This document shows, in pieces, positions 48,405-57,584 of a stretch of DNA of 64,000 nucleotides (positions are counted from its first letter, which is position 1; each line of letters opens with the position of its first letter). Below the pieces are notes generated by a model that was given only the letters and a program-made list of their open reading frames with translations, did not search any database and was not told the origin of the DNA. The stretch comes from Candidatus Sericytochromatia bacterium (GTDB taxonomy: Bacteria; Cyanobacteriota; Sericytochromatia; S15B-MN24; UBA4093). Location of the stretch: assembly GCA_036676985.1 (NCBI GenBank), contig JAKFBU010000076.1:1-64000 (forward strand), read 5' to 3'. The position numbers and the translations under genes were made by a program.

Positions 48405-49609
48405 AGTCTCAGCAGCCCCTCGAGGGCCACATCGAGGCGACCAACGAGCGCTCGGCCCGTGCGGCCCTGCGATCGCGGGGCCTCATGCCCATGGCGGTGC
48501 AGCCGGACGATCCGACGGCAGGCATTCCACGCCAGTTCCAGGTGCTCATCGAGCTGTTGACCTTCCGTCCGCTCAAGACCTCCGATCTGGCCATCTTCAT
48601 CCAGCAATTCTCGGCCCTCCTGGATGCCGGTCTGCCCATCGTCGAGGTCATGGTCATCCTCGAGGAGCAGACGACCCACCCCACGCTGCGGCGGGCCGTG
48701 GTGGAGATCCGCAAGGACCTCCTGGGCGGCTTGATGCTCAGCGAGGCGCTGGCCCGCCACCCGCGGATCTTCCCGCCCCTGCTCGTGAGCCTGACCGAGG
48801 CCGGCGAGCTGAGCGGGGCCCTGCCCGTCATGCTCAATCGCCTGGCGGAGATGCTCGACAAGAACCTCGAGATCGAGCGCAAGGTGAAGGGGGCCATGAC
48901 CTATCCGGGCGTGGTGCTGGTGACGGTGCTCGCGGTGCTCACGGTCATGCTCGTGTTCGTGGTGCCGACCTTCCAGGGGCTTTACGCCAAGAGCAGCGAG
49001 GCCTTGCCCCTGCCCACGCAGCTGCTCCTCTCGCTCAGCGACTTCGTACGATCGTCGGTGCTCGGGATCGCGGCGGGCATGGTCTTCGCCGTCGTGGGGT
49101 ACCACTGGTTCCGGCGCACGCCGGTGGGGCGCCCCATCGTCGACCGCCTCTGGCTCCGGCTCCCCCTGGTGGGGCCGGTGCTCATGGTGCAGGCGGCCAA
49201 CACCTTCACCCGGGCCTTCGGGACGGTGTACGGCTCGGGGGTGTCCATCGTGCCGGCGATCGCCACCTGTCGCAAGGTCATCACCAACCGGGCGGTCGCC
49301 GAGGTGCTCGAGGAGGCCGAGCGCGAGGTGGAGCTGGGCAACCCCTTCGCCTCCAGGTTGCGCGAGTCGCCCTACTTCCCGCGGATCCTGTCGCAGATGA
49401 TCTCGGTGGGCGAATCGTCGGGCAAGCTCGAGGACATGGCCGCGCGGGCCGTGGCCTTCTCGGACAAGGAAATCGACTACAAGATCAAGCAGATGACGAA
49501 CATGATCGAGCCCGTGCTCACGATCGTCATCGGGCTCATCGTCATGGCGATCGCCCTGGCGCTCTACCTGCCGCTCTTCGACCTCTCGAAGATCATGAGC
49601 GGTAGCTAG
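48371..49609 (+). CDS. pilC: Type IV pilus inner-membrane platform protein (PilC/GspF)
   Basis: MPSFRY, AGLPI, AGE.SG.L, AMTYP, VGE.SG.LE.M, IEP, LYLPLF. Confidence 0.94.
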   Translation: MPSFRYRVVDLESQQPLEGHIEATNERSARAALRSRGLMPMAVQPDDPTAGIPRQFQVLIELLTFRPLKTSDLAIFIQQFSALLDAGLPIVEVMVILEEQTTHPTLRRAVVEIRKDLLGGLMLSEALARHPRIFPPLLVSLTEAGELSGALPVMLNRLAEMLDKNLEIERKVKGAMTYPGVVLVTVLAVLTVMLVFVVPTFQGLYAKSSEALPLPTQLLLSLSDFVRSSVLGIAAGMVFAVVGYHWFRRTPVGRPIVDRLWLRLPLVGPVLMVQAANTFTRAFGTVYGSGVSIVPAIATCRKVITNRAVAEVLEEAEREVELGNPFASRLRESPYFPRILSQMISVGESSGKLEDMAARAVAFSDKEIDYKIKQMTNMIEPVLTIVIGLIVMAIALALYLPLFDLSKIMSGS

Positions 49610-49630
49610 CGGTTCCAGCTTGTCTAGCGC

Positions 49631-49707
49631 GTCATCCCGGCGAAAGCCGGGATCCAGGGTCGGCTCTACGAGCGCATGCCCTGGCCCCCGGCTTTCGCCG
49701 GGGTGAC
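49631..49707. repeat. REP-like element: inverted 29-bp arms, each an internal hairpin
   Basis: GTCATCCCGGCGAAAGCCGGGATCCAGGG ... CCCTGGCCCCCGGCTTTCGCCGGGGTGAC (3 mismatches). Confidence 0.85.
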
Positions 49708-49758
49708 GGCCAACCCCATTCTTGGTCGCTACTAACCGTCCAGGCCCAACGGTGGGGC

Positions 49759-51384
49759 TTACGGCTGCACCTTCGGCGTCACGACGATCATCAGCTCGGT
49801 CTGCCGCGTCTCGTTGGCCGTGCTGCTGAACAGCGCCCCGATTAGGGGGATGTCGCCCAGGATCGGGAACTTGTTCCGGGTGCTGATCTGCGTGTTCTGC
49901 GTCAACCCACCCAGTGTCAGCGAGCCGCCCGAGGGCACCGTCACCTGCTGGGTCACCAGCTCCCGCCGACTCAAGAGCGAGATCGTGTTGTTGGCGCCGT
50001 CGCGCTGCGTCTCCCGGATGGTCGAGACCGTGGGGTGCAGGCGCAGGGTCACCGTGCCGTCGGCGCCGATCTTCGGCAGGATGTTGAGCGTCACGCCGGC
50101 CGCCCCGAAGATGGGCTCCACGACCACGAAGCTCTGGTTGCCGACGGTGACGGTCTGGTTCGTGATCTTCGTGCCCTTGATGACCTCGTCCACGATGTTG
50201 ATCTGCGACTCCGTGTTGTCGCTCGCCATGATCGTGGGATGGGCGAGGATGCGCGCCTTGCGGTCCTGGACCAGGGCGTTGAGCCGAGCCCGGAACGTTG
50301 CCGGGCTCACGATCGCCGGATCGTAGCTCACGCTCCAGCTCGGATTGGCCGAGGCCGGATCGAACGAGGAGCTGATGTTGCCGTTGGCGCCCGACAGGGC
50401 CACTCCGAGCTCGTGGGCGTCCAGCGTGCTGAGCTCCACCAGCTCCACGTCGATGGCCACCTGGCGCAGGGGTTGATCGAGCTCGGGGATCATGGCCTGA
50501 GCGAGGCGCAGGGTCTCGGCCGAGCCCGTCACGACCACCGAGTTGGTCCGGGTGTCGGGGACGGCCACGGACTGCTTGGCCTCGACGGGCAGGGCCTGGG
50601 TCTGGAGGGTCCGCGTGCGCACGCCCGACTGCGAGTTACCGATTTCCACGCCCGTGTTGGCGTTGTTGGCGCCGGTGCCCTCGGTGATGCTCTCGACGTC
50701 CGCGCGGACGGTCTCGGTGGTGGTCGCCTTGTTGCCGTTGTTGAAGATCGTGGCGTTGAGGACCGAGGCCACCTGGACCGCATTGGCGTGGCTGAGCTTG
50801 AAGATCCGGTGCTCGATGGGCTGATCCAGGCTCTCGATGGTCCGTTCGGCCAGCAACAGGTCGCCCGAGGTGCCGAACACCAGGACGCTGTTGGTCCGGG
50901 GATCGGCCTTCGCGAGCTCCAGCTGCTGATGTTGGGTGGTGTTCTGGTTGTTGAGCCCGCCCGAGTACGCGCTCGTCAGGGCCGAGGTGTTGAGGAACTC
51001 GGCCACCTTGGTGGCGCTCGCGTAGCGGAGCTTGAAGAGGCGGGCGTTGTTCGAGAGCAAGCCGCGCTCGTAGGCCTTCTTCTTGCCGATCACGGCGAAG
51101 ACGTTGCCACGCCACACGGCCTGGGCTCCGCCCATGGCAAAGAGCGTCTCCAGCGCGTCGCCCAGCCGCACGTCCTTGAACTCGACGTTGACCGACGACC
51201 TGAGGTCGTCCTCGATGACCAGGTTGAGGCGGCCCTTCTGCGCGACCAGCCGGATGGCGTCCTGCAGGGGCATGTCGCTGATGGACACCGAGATCGTCCG
51301 GTCCAGCGGCTTTTGTGGACTGGCCAGGGCCGGCATGGGGAGGCTCAGCGCGAGGCAGAGGGCGAGGGCGGAACGGAAGCTCAT
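49759..51384 (-). CDS. pilQ: Secretin (PilQ/GspD family)
   Basis: Signal peptide, N domains with DPRTNSV repeats, QVAIDVELVE, GVTLNILP.I, P.LGDIP.IG.LF. Confidence 0.92.
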   Translation of the reverse strand: MSFRSALALCLALSLPMPALASPQKPLDRTISVSISDMPLQDAIRLVAQKGRLNLVIEDDLRSSVNVEFKDVRLGDALETLFAMGGAQAVWRGNVFAVIGKKKAYERGLLSNNARLFKLRYASATKVAEFLNTSALTSAYSGGLNNQNTTQHQQLELAKADPRTNSVLVFGTSGDLLLAERTIESLDQPIEHRIFKLSHANAVQVASVLNATIFNNGNKATTTETVRADVESITEGTGANNANTGVEIGNSQSGVRTRTLQTQALPVEAKQSVAVPDTRTNSVVVTGSAETLRLAQAMIPELDQPLRQVAIDVELVELSTLDAHELGVALSGANGNISSSFDPASANPSWSVSYDPAIVSPATFRARLNALVQDRKARILAHPTIMASDNTESQINIVDEVIKGTKITNQTVTVGNQSFVVVEPIFGAAGVTLNILPKIGADGTVTLRLHPTVSTIRETQRDGANNTISLLSRRELVTQQVTVPSGGSLTLGGLTQNTQISTRNKFPILGDIPLIGALFSSTANETRQTELMIVVTPKVQP

Positions 51385-51845
51385 GGCGTGGCTCCTGGTA
51401 GGCGTTGCAGGGGACTTTCGAGGCGGCGTCCGTTCTTCTGCCAGACGAGCTTTTCCGGGGTGATGGTCATCAGCATCGCACCCTCGACGCGCTCGCCGCG
51501 CCGGACGAACCGGACCTTGCCGCGGATCTTCACGGCCGCGATCGACTCGTCGCCGTCGTAGGCGATGCCCATGTAGGTGAGCTTGACCGCGGGCGGCTTG
51601 GGGGCAGGTGCCATGGGGGCCGGCACCGCTACGGCGGGCGCCGAGGGGACGCTCGGCAAGGACGGTGCCTGGTCCGTGAGCACCAGGGGGCGGAAGGGAT
51701 TCTTGCGGCCGAGCGACATCACCCGGAGCGCCTCGTCCGGAGCGGGGTTCGCCGCCGCCTGAGCCAGGGCCGCCTGACCGACGATCAGGAGCACCGACAG
51801 CACGCCGGAGATCAGGGCGCTCGGTTTGGAAAGCGGTCTGGACAT
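51381..51845 (-). CDS. PilP/GspC-like protein
   Basis: Hydrophobic N-terminus, GRKNPF motif, Pro-rich linker, L.YMGI..A.V..VRRGE; upstream of the secretin. Confidence 0.68.
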   Translation of the reverse strand: MSRPLSKPSALISGVLSVLLIVGQAALAQAAANPAPDEALRVMSLGRKNPFRPLVLTDQAPSLPSVPSAPAVAVPAPMAPAPKPPAVKLTYMGIAYDGDESIAAVKIRGKVRFVRRGERVEGAMLMTITPEKLVWQKNGRRLESPLQRLPGATP

Positions 51846-52203
51846 CGGTAATGAAGGAATGTGAGGACTCCCGGGAGGGTTATGCTCCGCTATTATGCCC
51901 ACGGGAGGGTAAATTTGCACGAAAATCCGTGGTTTTCGCGAATTTCGCTTCTGTTTTCCGGGCACTATTCTGGGGAGAGTGACTGATTTTTTTGAGGTGG
52001 GGAAGTTTTCGGCTCGTAGCGAAAAATTGACTCTTCACTCCCGAAAAAAATCCCGTGAAGGGAAGCTTCACGTTACCTTCACCAAAGACACGATGGGTTC
52101 AGCTAATTTTCAGCTTCAGCGGGTAGCTTAGTCATGCAGGGACGATCGCTCGGTCGGCTAGCTGGCATCGTTGCCCCGACACGATTTGGAGGAACAGGCA
52201 TTC

Positions 52204-52596
52204 ATGTTTGCGCAGGTACCCGAAAAGAAGAGTAAGCAGTCCGGCTTCACGCTCATCGAGCTGGCCATCATCATGGCCATCGTCGCCGTGCTCGGTGCGG
52301 TGGGCGCCGTGAAGTTCGCCTCCATGAAGGATGAGGCGGCCAAGGCAGCCGAGGCGAGCGCGCTGGCGAATGCCCGTTCGGCTCTGGCCATCGCGGTAGC
52401 CAAGGACAAGGACAACAAGGTCGAGGTGGCCGAGTTCGGCACCTACCTCGAGGGCACGCTCACCGGTACGATCCCGACCCTGACGTGGACCCCCAAGGCG
52501 GGCGGCACCGAATACACCGTCACGGTGACGGGCGCGGCGGCCACGGGCATCGAGTCGGTCACGAGCGTGGTCACCAAGGCCGCAGCCGGCGGCTAG
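52204..52596 (+). CDS. pilA: Major type IV pilin (MshA-like N-terminus)
   Basis: KQSG|FTLIELAIIMAIVAVL; own long promoter region, GGAGG RBS and downstream hairpin. Confidence 0.88.
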   Translation: MFAQVPEKKSKQSGFTLIELAIIMAIVAVLGAVGAVKFASMKDEAAKAAEASALANARSALAIAVAKDKDNKVEVAEFGTYLEGTLTGTIPTLTWTPKAGGTEYTVTVTGAAATGIESVTSVVTKAAAGG

Positions 52597-52616
52597 ACTC
52601 GTACGGCACGACTTCG

Positions 52617-52646
52617 GGGCCCGCCAGGCAGACGCCTGGCGGGCCC
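52617..52646 (+). terminator. Hairpin after pilin gene
   Basis: GGGCCCGCCAGGC-agac-GCCTGGCGGGCCC. Confidence 0.65.
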
Positions 52647-52767
52647 GTTCCGTTCTGAAAAGGAATTTGAGTTTAAGGGAAAATAATCGAATCTTAAATA
52701 TTGATTAACGTTTCCAGATCCGCTATAACCAGAACCACGGGAAGTCCTGCTTATCCAAAAGGAGATC

Positions 52768-53610
52768 ATGCGGATGAAGAACGCTCGCAGGTTCTGGCTC
52801 CTGGTGCTCACGCTCGTCATGTCGGTCAGCCTGACCGCCTGCGGCTACTCCAACACCACCCAGCCCATCAACCTCAACGCCGCCAGCACCGAGGCGGACA
52901 CCAGCGCCCTGGACTTCACGCAGGACGAGGCGAAGACCGCCTCCGACCTCAACCAGAGCGGCGCGCTCGACGGCAAGGACTTCACGGAGTTCGAGACCGT
53001 GGTCGGCCGGACGGCCACCGCGCTCAACCCCCCCAAGGTGAACGGCTCGGCCGCCACCGAGGGCCTGGACAGCGTGCTCGAGGGCAGCAGCGGCTTCTTC
53101 AACGTGAAGCGCACCACCAAGATCGGCTACGTCCGCTCCATCGAGGCCGACAAGTACCTGCTGGTCCTCAAGAATGACCAGACCAAGCTGTCGGTCATCG
53201 GCCAGGACGGCAAGCGCGATCGCCGCATCGCCAACTACCTGAACCGCAAGGTCATCCTGCGCGGCATCATGATGGCCAACGGCAACCTGATGGTCGAGCA
53301 CATCCTCGTCATCCCGACCTTCAAGTTCATCACCGACTTCTTCTTCAAGGGCCGCCTGGCCGGCACGGTCTACATGCCCGTGAACAACCAGGGCCTGGTG
53401 GGCGCGCTGGTGGTGGTCAAGGCCAACCGCACGGGCTACCTGTTCCGGACGCAGACCAACAAGAAGGGCGAGTTCTACTTCTCGGGCCTCGATCCCGACA
53501 CCTACACGGTGACGGTGGGCCTCGGCGGGTTCAAGGGCGTCACCCAGGAGGGCGTCGCGGTCCTCAAGGGCAAGAAGACGACCCTGATGCTCGGGATGAG
53601 CTCGAACTAG
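52768..53610 (+). CDS. Lipoprotein with C-terminal carboxypeptidase-regulatory-like domain
   Basis: Lipobox LTAC; G.LAGTV..GA.V..TNKKGEFYFSGL.PDTYTV. Confidence 0.8.
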   Translation: MRMKNARRFWLLVLTLVMSVSLTACGYSNTTQPINLNAASTEADTSALDFTQDEAKTASDLNQSGALDGKDFTEFETVVGRTATALNPPKVNGSAATEGLDSVLEGSSGFFNVKRTTKIGYVRSIEADKYLLVLKNDQTKLSVIGQDGKRDRRIANYLNRKVILRGIMMANGNLMVEHILVIPTFKFITDFFFKGRLAGTVYMPVNNQGLVGALVVVKANRTGYLFRTQTNKKGEFYFSGLDPDTYTVTVGLGGFKGVTQEGVAVLKGKKTTLMLGMSSN

Positions 53611-53624
53611 TCCTCAACACCATC

Positions 53625-53651
53625 GCCCCCCGCTGCGGCGGGGGGCTTTTT
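53625..53651 (+). terminator. Rho-independent terminator
   Basis: GCCCCCCGC-tgcg-GCGGGGGGC-TTTTT. Confidence 0.82.
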
Positions 53652-53670
53652 CGTGCTGTGGCGACTCCTT

Positions 53671-53713
53671 CTACCTCCCCATCCCCCCCTGCTAGGGGGG
53701 GGAGGGGGGGTAG
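53671..53713. repeat. Short dispersed repeat overlapping the stop codon of the 53692 kinase
   Basis: CTACCTCCCCATCCCCCCCTGCTAGGGGGGGGAGGGGGGGTAG; supplies the terminal YPPSPP* codons. Confidence 0.75.
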
Positions 53714-54957
53714 AGCGAGTCCACCCCCCGTAGCTCCAGCCGAAACGTCACCCCGCCGGGCCCGTTATCGAGCAACTCGATGGACCCACCCATCGCCACC
53801 AGGTAGTCCCGGCAGATGGCGAGCCCGAAGCCCGTCGAGGTGGGATCCTCCGGGTTCGGCGGCTGCACGCCGAAGAGCCCCGCGAGCCGGGCCGGCGGAA
53901 TGCCGGGACCGTCGTCGGACACGTCCAGCCGGATGCGATCGCCGATCCGCGCCGCCGCGAGTCCGAGCCGCCCCCCTTCGGGCAGCACCTTGAGCGCGTT
54001 GCCGATGAGGTTGTCGAGCACGATCTCGAGCCGCGGCCCATCCGCCAGCACCTGGAGGTCCGGCGCCACGTGCACCTCGGTGCTCGCGCCTCGCTTGCCG
54101 AGCACATAGCGCACCTCGTCCAGGCAGCGCTCAATGAGCGGCGAGAGCTCGGTCGGCGCCACCTCCAGCTCGAAGGGCCCTTCCGCCAGCCGGTGGCGGT
54201 CCAGGTTCTGGATGACGTTGCGCTCGAAGCGCGCCAAGGCCGCGGCGATCTTGTCCAGCCGCTTGGCGACCCGCTTGCGGTTCGACACCGAGCGACGGGC
54301 GTCGGTGAGCATGCTCTGGCCGAGCAGGAGGGGCGTCTTGAGCTGGTGCGAGACCACCGCATTCACGCGCTCCTGCAAGATGCGGTCCTCGTCGGCCTTG
54401 TGGGCGGCCAGTTGCTCGTCGATGAGGGTGCGGCCGAGCCACCGGTTTTCGAGCACCAGCGTCAACTGCTCGCATGTCTGCTGCAGCATGCCGCGATCGC
54501 GCATCGGCAGCGGTTTTCCATCGGGGCGCCCGCCCAGGATCAGGTAGCCGACGACTCCGGTGCGCCCGGTGAGCACCAGTCCGGTGGCATAGCCCTCCAC
54601 CAGGGCCGTGCCGGTCTCGGCACGCTCGAGAGAAAGGCGCTCGCGGTTCGGGCGATGGGTCCCCGATTGCCACCGGAGCTCCTCGGCCCTGGGCTCACGG
54701 GCGTACAACCCTGCGCGTTCGATGCCCAGCGCGGTGGCCAGCGTCTCCAGCAACAGGGTTTCTTCGCCCGGCAGGCCTTCGAGCTCGTTCAAGAGGTCTA
54801 ACAGGTGGCGCCTGGCTTTACGTCGGGCGTACCGTTCCGGAAAGTAGCGGCGCTGCAGCGAGCGGGTCGCCCCGATGACCACGGGGCGCCCGATCAGCGT
54901 GATCGCCGCGAACACGGCGGCATCGAGGAACGGCTGCGAACTCCAGGCGCTGGCCAT
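53692..54957 (-). CDS. Histidine kinase (one TM, GAF-like, HisKA with HQ, HATPase)
   Basis: VSHQLKTPL, DNLIGNALK, DDGPGI, GFGLAIC; AAAGGAG RBS before ATG 54957. Confidence 0.9.
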   Translation of the reverse strand: MASAWSSQPFLDAAVFAAITLIGRPVVIGATRSLQRRYFPERYARRKARRHLLDLLNELEGLPGEETLLLETLATALGIERAGLYAREPRAEELRWQSGTHRPNRERLSLERAETGTALVEGYATGLVLTGRTGVVGYLILGGRPDGKPLPMRDRGMLQQTCEQLTLVLENRWLGRTLIDEQLAAHKADEDRILQERVNAVVSHQLKTPLLLGQSMLTDARRSVSNRKRVAKRLDKIAAALARFERNVIQNLDRHRLAEGPFELEVAPTELSPLIERCLDEVRYVLGKRGASTEVHVAPDLQVLADGPRLEIVLDNLIGNALKVLPEGGRLGLAAARIGDRIRLDVSDDGPGIPPARLAGLFGVQPPNPEDPTSTGFGLAICRDYLVAMGGSIELLDNGPGGVTFRLELRGVDSLYPPSPP

Positions 54958-55012
54958 GGGATCTCCTTTCGGATCCCTTGTACCCGCGGGCGGCTTGTCG
55001 TAGGCTGGTCCC

Positions 55013-55771
55013 ATGTCCCGCGAGTATCTGCGTTTCCTGGTGTTGGTCGTCCTCCTCTCGGTCGTCGTCTATCTCATCGATGGCCTTCTGGTCGGCGGAC
55101 TTGGCGGCGGCCTGATGCGAGGCCTCGTCGTCGTGGCGGGGATCGTGACGGCGGTCCTCTTGCCGCCGGCTTGGAACTGGCTCGCTCGGTTCCGGCGCCG
55201 CACCCGTCCGCCCGTCCTCGAGGCCATGACGGCCGAGCTGGCCGTGCAGGCGAGTGCCCGGGGGGTCGCGGCGGTGCTCGTCGAGCACGTGCGTCAGCTC
55301 ACCGGCGCTACGACGGTGGCCCTCTTCCTCGGTGACGACCTCTACATCGCCGTTCCCCGGCCGCCCGAGGGCGAACCCTCGGCGATCTACGCGCTCGGAC
55401 CTCCCGATCGAGCGGGGGGAGAGATCCGCTGTCACGGGGACGTCCGGGACGAGCGCCTGGTGGCCAGGCTGTTGCGCGTCGGGGCCCTGGCCTTCCAGAA
55501 TGCCCTCCTGGCCGAGCGTGCCGCCGCGGCCGAGCAGGTGCGCAGCAAGGCGCAGGCCCAACGAGACCTCCAGCACCGCCTGACCTGGACCGTCACGACG
55601 CAGCTCTGCACCCTGCTCGAGGAGACGCGCGACGAGCTCGAGACCGTCCGGCTCTGTGCCGCCACCTTGCCGGCCGATCTGCTCGCCAGGGATCTCGAGG
55701 CCCTGGCCGATCGCCTGCGCCGCCTCGAGGCCTTCGTGCAAGACAACTTAAGAAACGCTAACGCCGTCTAG
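55013..55771 (+). CDS. Membrane protein with GAF-like region and degenerate HisKA-like helices (no His, no ATPase domain)
   Basis: Two TM helices; C-terminus aligns by eye with the DHp of the divergent kinase. Confidence 0.65.
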   Translation: MSREYLRFLVLVVLLSVVVYLIDGLLVGGLGGGLMRGLVVVAGIVTAVLLPPAWNWLARFRRRTRPPVLEAMTAELAVQASARGVAAVLVEHVRQLTGATTVALFLGDDLYIAVPRPPEGEPSAIYALGPPDRAGGEIRCHGDVRDERLVARLLRVGALAFQNALLAERAAAAEQVRSKAQAQRDLQHRLTWTVTTQLCTLLEETRDELETVRLCAATLPADLLARDLEALADRLRRLEAFVQDNLRNANAV

Positions 55772-55843
55772 CCTTCGTTTTTCTGTTAGTCCCCTTGCCG
55801 CGGCCCCGCATCCTGGGTAGCATGGCAGGACCAGGAGGAGCCA

Positions 55844-56209
55844 ATGAACAAGACCATTCTGATCGTGGAGGATCACCCGGACGCCCTCGAGTACATCGAA
55901 GAGTTACTCGAAGAGAACGGCTACTCCGTACGGACGGCGGACAACGGCCGCAAGGGCCTCGATCTCGCCCGCTCCAGCCGTCCGGATGCCCTGATCCTCG
56001 ACGTGGTGCTGCCCCAGATGAACGGGCGCCAGATCCATGAGTCGCTCAGGGGTGACGAGGCGTTTCGCGAGGTGCCCATCCTGTTCATCACGGCGGAACA
56101 GGGTGAAGACGTCTCCGACCTGGTCGATGACCGCCACACCTTCTACATGAAAAAGGCCCTCGACGCCCAACAGCTCCTGGGGCTGCTGGAGCGGGCCCTC
56201 TCCTCTTAG
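55844..56209 (+). CDS. Single-domain response regulator
   Basis: ILIVED, LILDVVLP.MNG, FITA, K. Confidence 0.93.
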   Translation: MNKTILIVEDHPDALEYIEELLEENGYSVRTADNGRKGLDLARSSRPDALILDVVLPQMNGRQIHESLRGDEAFREVPILFITAEQGEDVSDLVDDRHTFYMKKALDAQQLLGLLERALSS

Positions 56210-56215
56210 CAGGGC

Positions 56216-57529
56216 ATGCGCACCGGGGGTGCGACCTGGGGCAACGAGGTCGTCTACCACGTCTTCGTGGATCGCTTCCGCAACGGCAATCCCGCCCGTG
56301 ACGTGCGCGCGGGCGAGTTCGCCTTCCATGGCCACCCGGTCGCATCCTCGACCGACAAGCGGCTGTTGACCGGGCGTCACTCCCACCAGCGGACGTTCTA
56401 CAACGGCGACCTGCCGGGCATCCGCGAGGCCGTGCCCTACCTGCACGATCTGGGCGTCACGGTGCTGCTGCTGACGCCCATCTTCGCGAGCCGCTCCTCC
56501 CATCGCTACGACACCGACGACTACCTGAGCCTGGATCCGCACCTGGGCTCCGACGAGGACTTCCGGGGCCTCCTGGACGACCTGCATGCCCGCGGCATGA
56601 AGCTCGTGCTGGACGGCGTCTTCGGCCACACCAGCTTCGAGCACCCCTGGTACGCGGATCCCGACCTGAGGCGCCGCCACTACCTGTTGAAGCCCGACGG
56701 CCGTCCCGAGACATGGCTCAACTGGGGGGTGCTGCCCAAGCTCGACACCGAGAAGGCCGAGACCCAGGAGCGCCTCATGGAGGTCGTGGATCGGTGGGCC
56801 GGGGTCGACGGCTGGCGCCTCGACGCGGCCCAGCACCTCCCGGCCTCCTTCCTGAAGCGCTTCAAGGAGCGCCTCAGGAGCCATCACCCGGAAGCCGTCG
56901 TCATCGGCGAGGAGTGGGAGCCCGTGTTCAGCCAGCTGCGCGACGGGCTCTACGACGGAGTGCTCAACTTCCAGTTCCGGCGTCCGCTCGCGGACTTCTT
57001 CCGGTTCGAGATCTCGGCCGAGACCTTCGCCCGGCGCCTGTCGCACTACATCGAGGGCTACCCTGCCGCGAGCCTGAAGCACTGCTGGAACCTCCTCGAC
57101 AACCACGACACCGAGCGCTTCTACGGCACGCATGCCAAGGACGCGCGGAGCATGCGGCTCGCGATCGCCCTCCAGACCCTGCTGCCGGGCTCACCGCAGC
57201 TCTACTACGGGGACGAGATCGGCATGCAGGCCAAGCACGCCGACGAGGCCCGCAGCCCGATGATCTGGGACCAGAAGCGCTGGAGCCGGCCCGTCCTGGG
57301 GGCGTACCGCGAGTTCCTGCGGCTGCGCCGCGCGCACCCGGTGTTCGCCGAGGGGAGCTTCGCCTGGCGCCACGTCTCGAACCGCGCCAAGCTCGTGGCC
57401 TTCGAGCGCCGTACGGCCGAGGAGCAGGCCCTGGTCGTCGTCAATGCAGGGGACTACGCGCAGCGTTTGACCCTCGACGGTTGCTCAATCGAGCTTCCGG
57501 CGCACGATGTCCGGGTGATCTTCCGCTAG
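56216..57529 (+). CDS. GH13 alpha-glycosidase (neopullulanase/cyclomaltodextrinase-like)
   Basis: FVDRFRNG, HRYDT.DY, DGWRLDAA, GEEW, LDNHD, YYGDE.GM. Confidence 0.92.
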   Translation: MRTGGATWGNEVVYHVFVDRFRNGNPARDVRAGEFAFHGHPVASSTDKRLLTGRHSHQRTFYNGDLPGIREAVPYLHDLGVTVLLLTPIFASRSSHRYDTDDYLSLDPHLGSDEDFRGLLDDLHARGMKLVLDGVFGHTSFEHPWYADPDLRRRHYLLKPDGRPETWLNWGVLPKLDTEKAETQERLMEVVDRWAGVDGWRLDAAQHLPASFLKRFKERLRSHHPEAVVIGEEWEPVFSQLRDGLYDGVLNFQFRRPLADFFRFEISAETFARRLSHYIEGYPAASLKHCWNLLDNHDTERFYGTHAKDARSMRLAIALQTLLPGSPQLYYGDEIGMQAKHADEARSPMIWDQKRWSRPVLGAYREFLRLRRAHPVFAEGSFAWRHVSNRAKLVAFERRTAEEQALVVVNAGDYAQRLTLDGCSIELPAHDVRVIFR

Positions 57530-57534
57530 AGGGC

Positions 57535-57543
57535 TGATATAAT
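57535..57543 (+). promoter_or_regulatory. Extended -10 promoter
   Basis: TG-A-TATAAT about 40 nt upstream of the 57585 start. Confidence 0.6.
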
Positions 57544-57584
57544 CCTAAAATGCTCGTTTGGTTGGCATTTGCCGAGGAGCCCGC

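Noticed and set aside
52163-52174. Sigma54 promoter TGGCATCGTTGC upstream of the pilin
   Set aside because: GG-to-GC spacing is 7 nt, not the required 10
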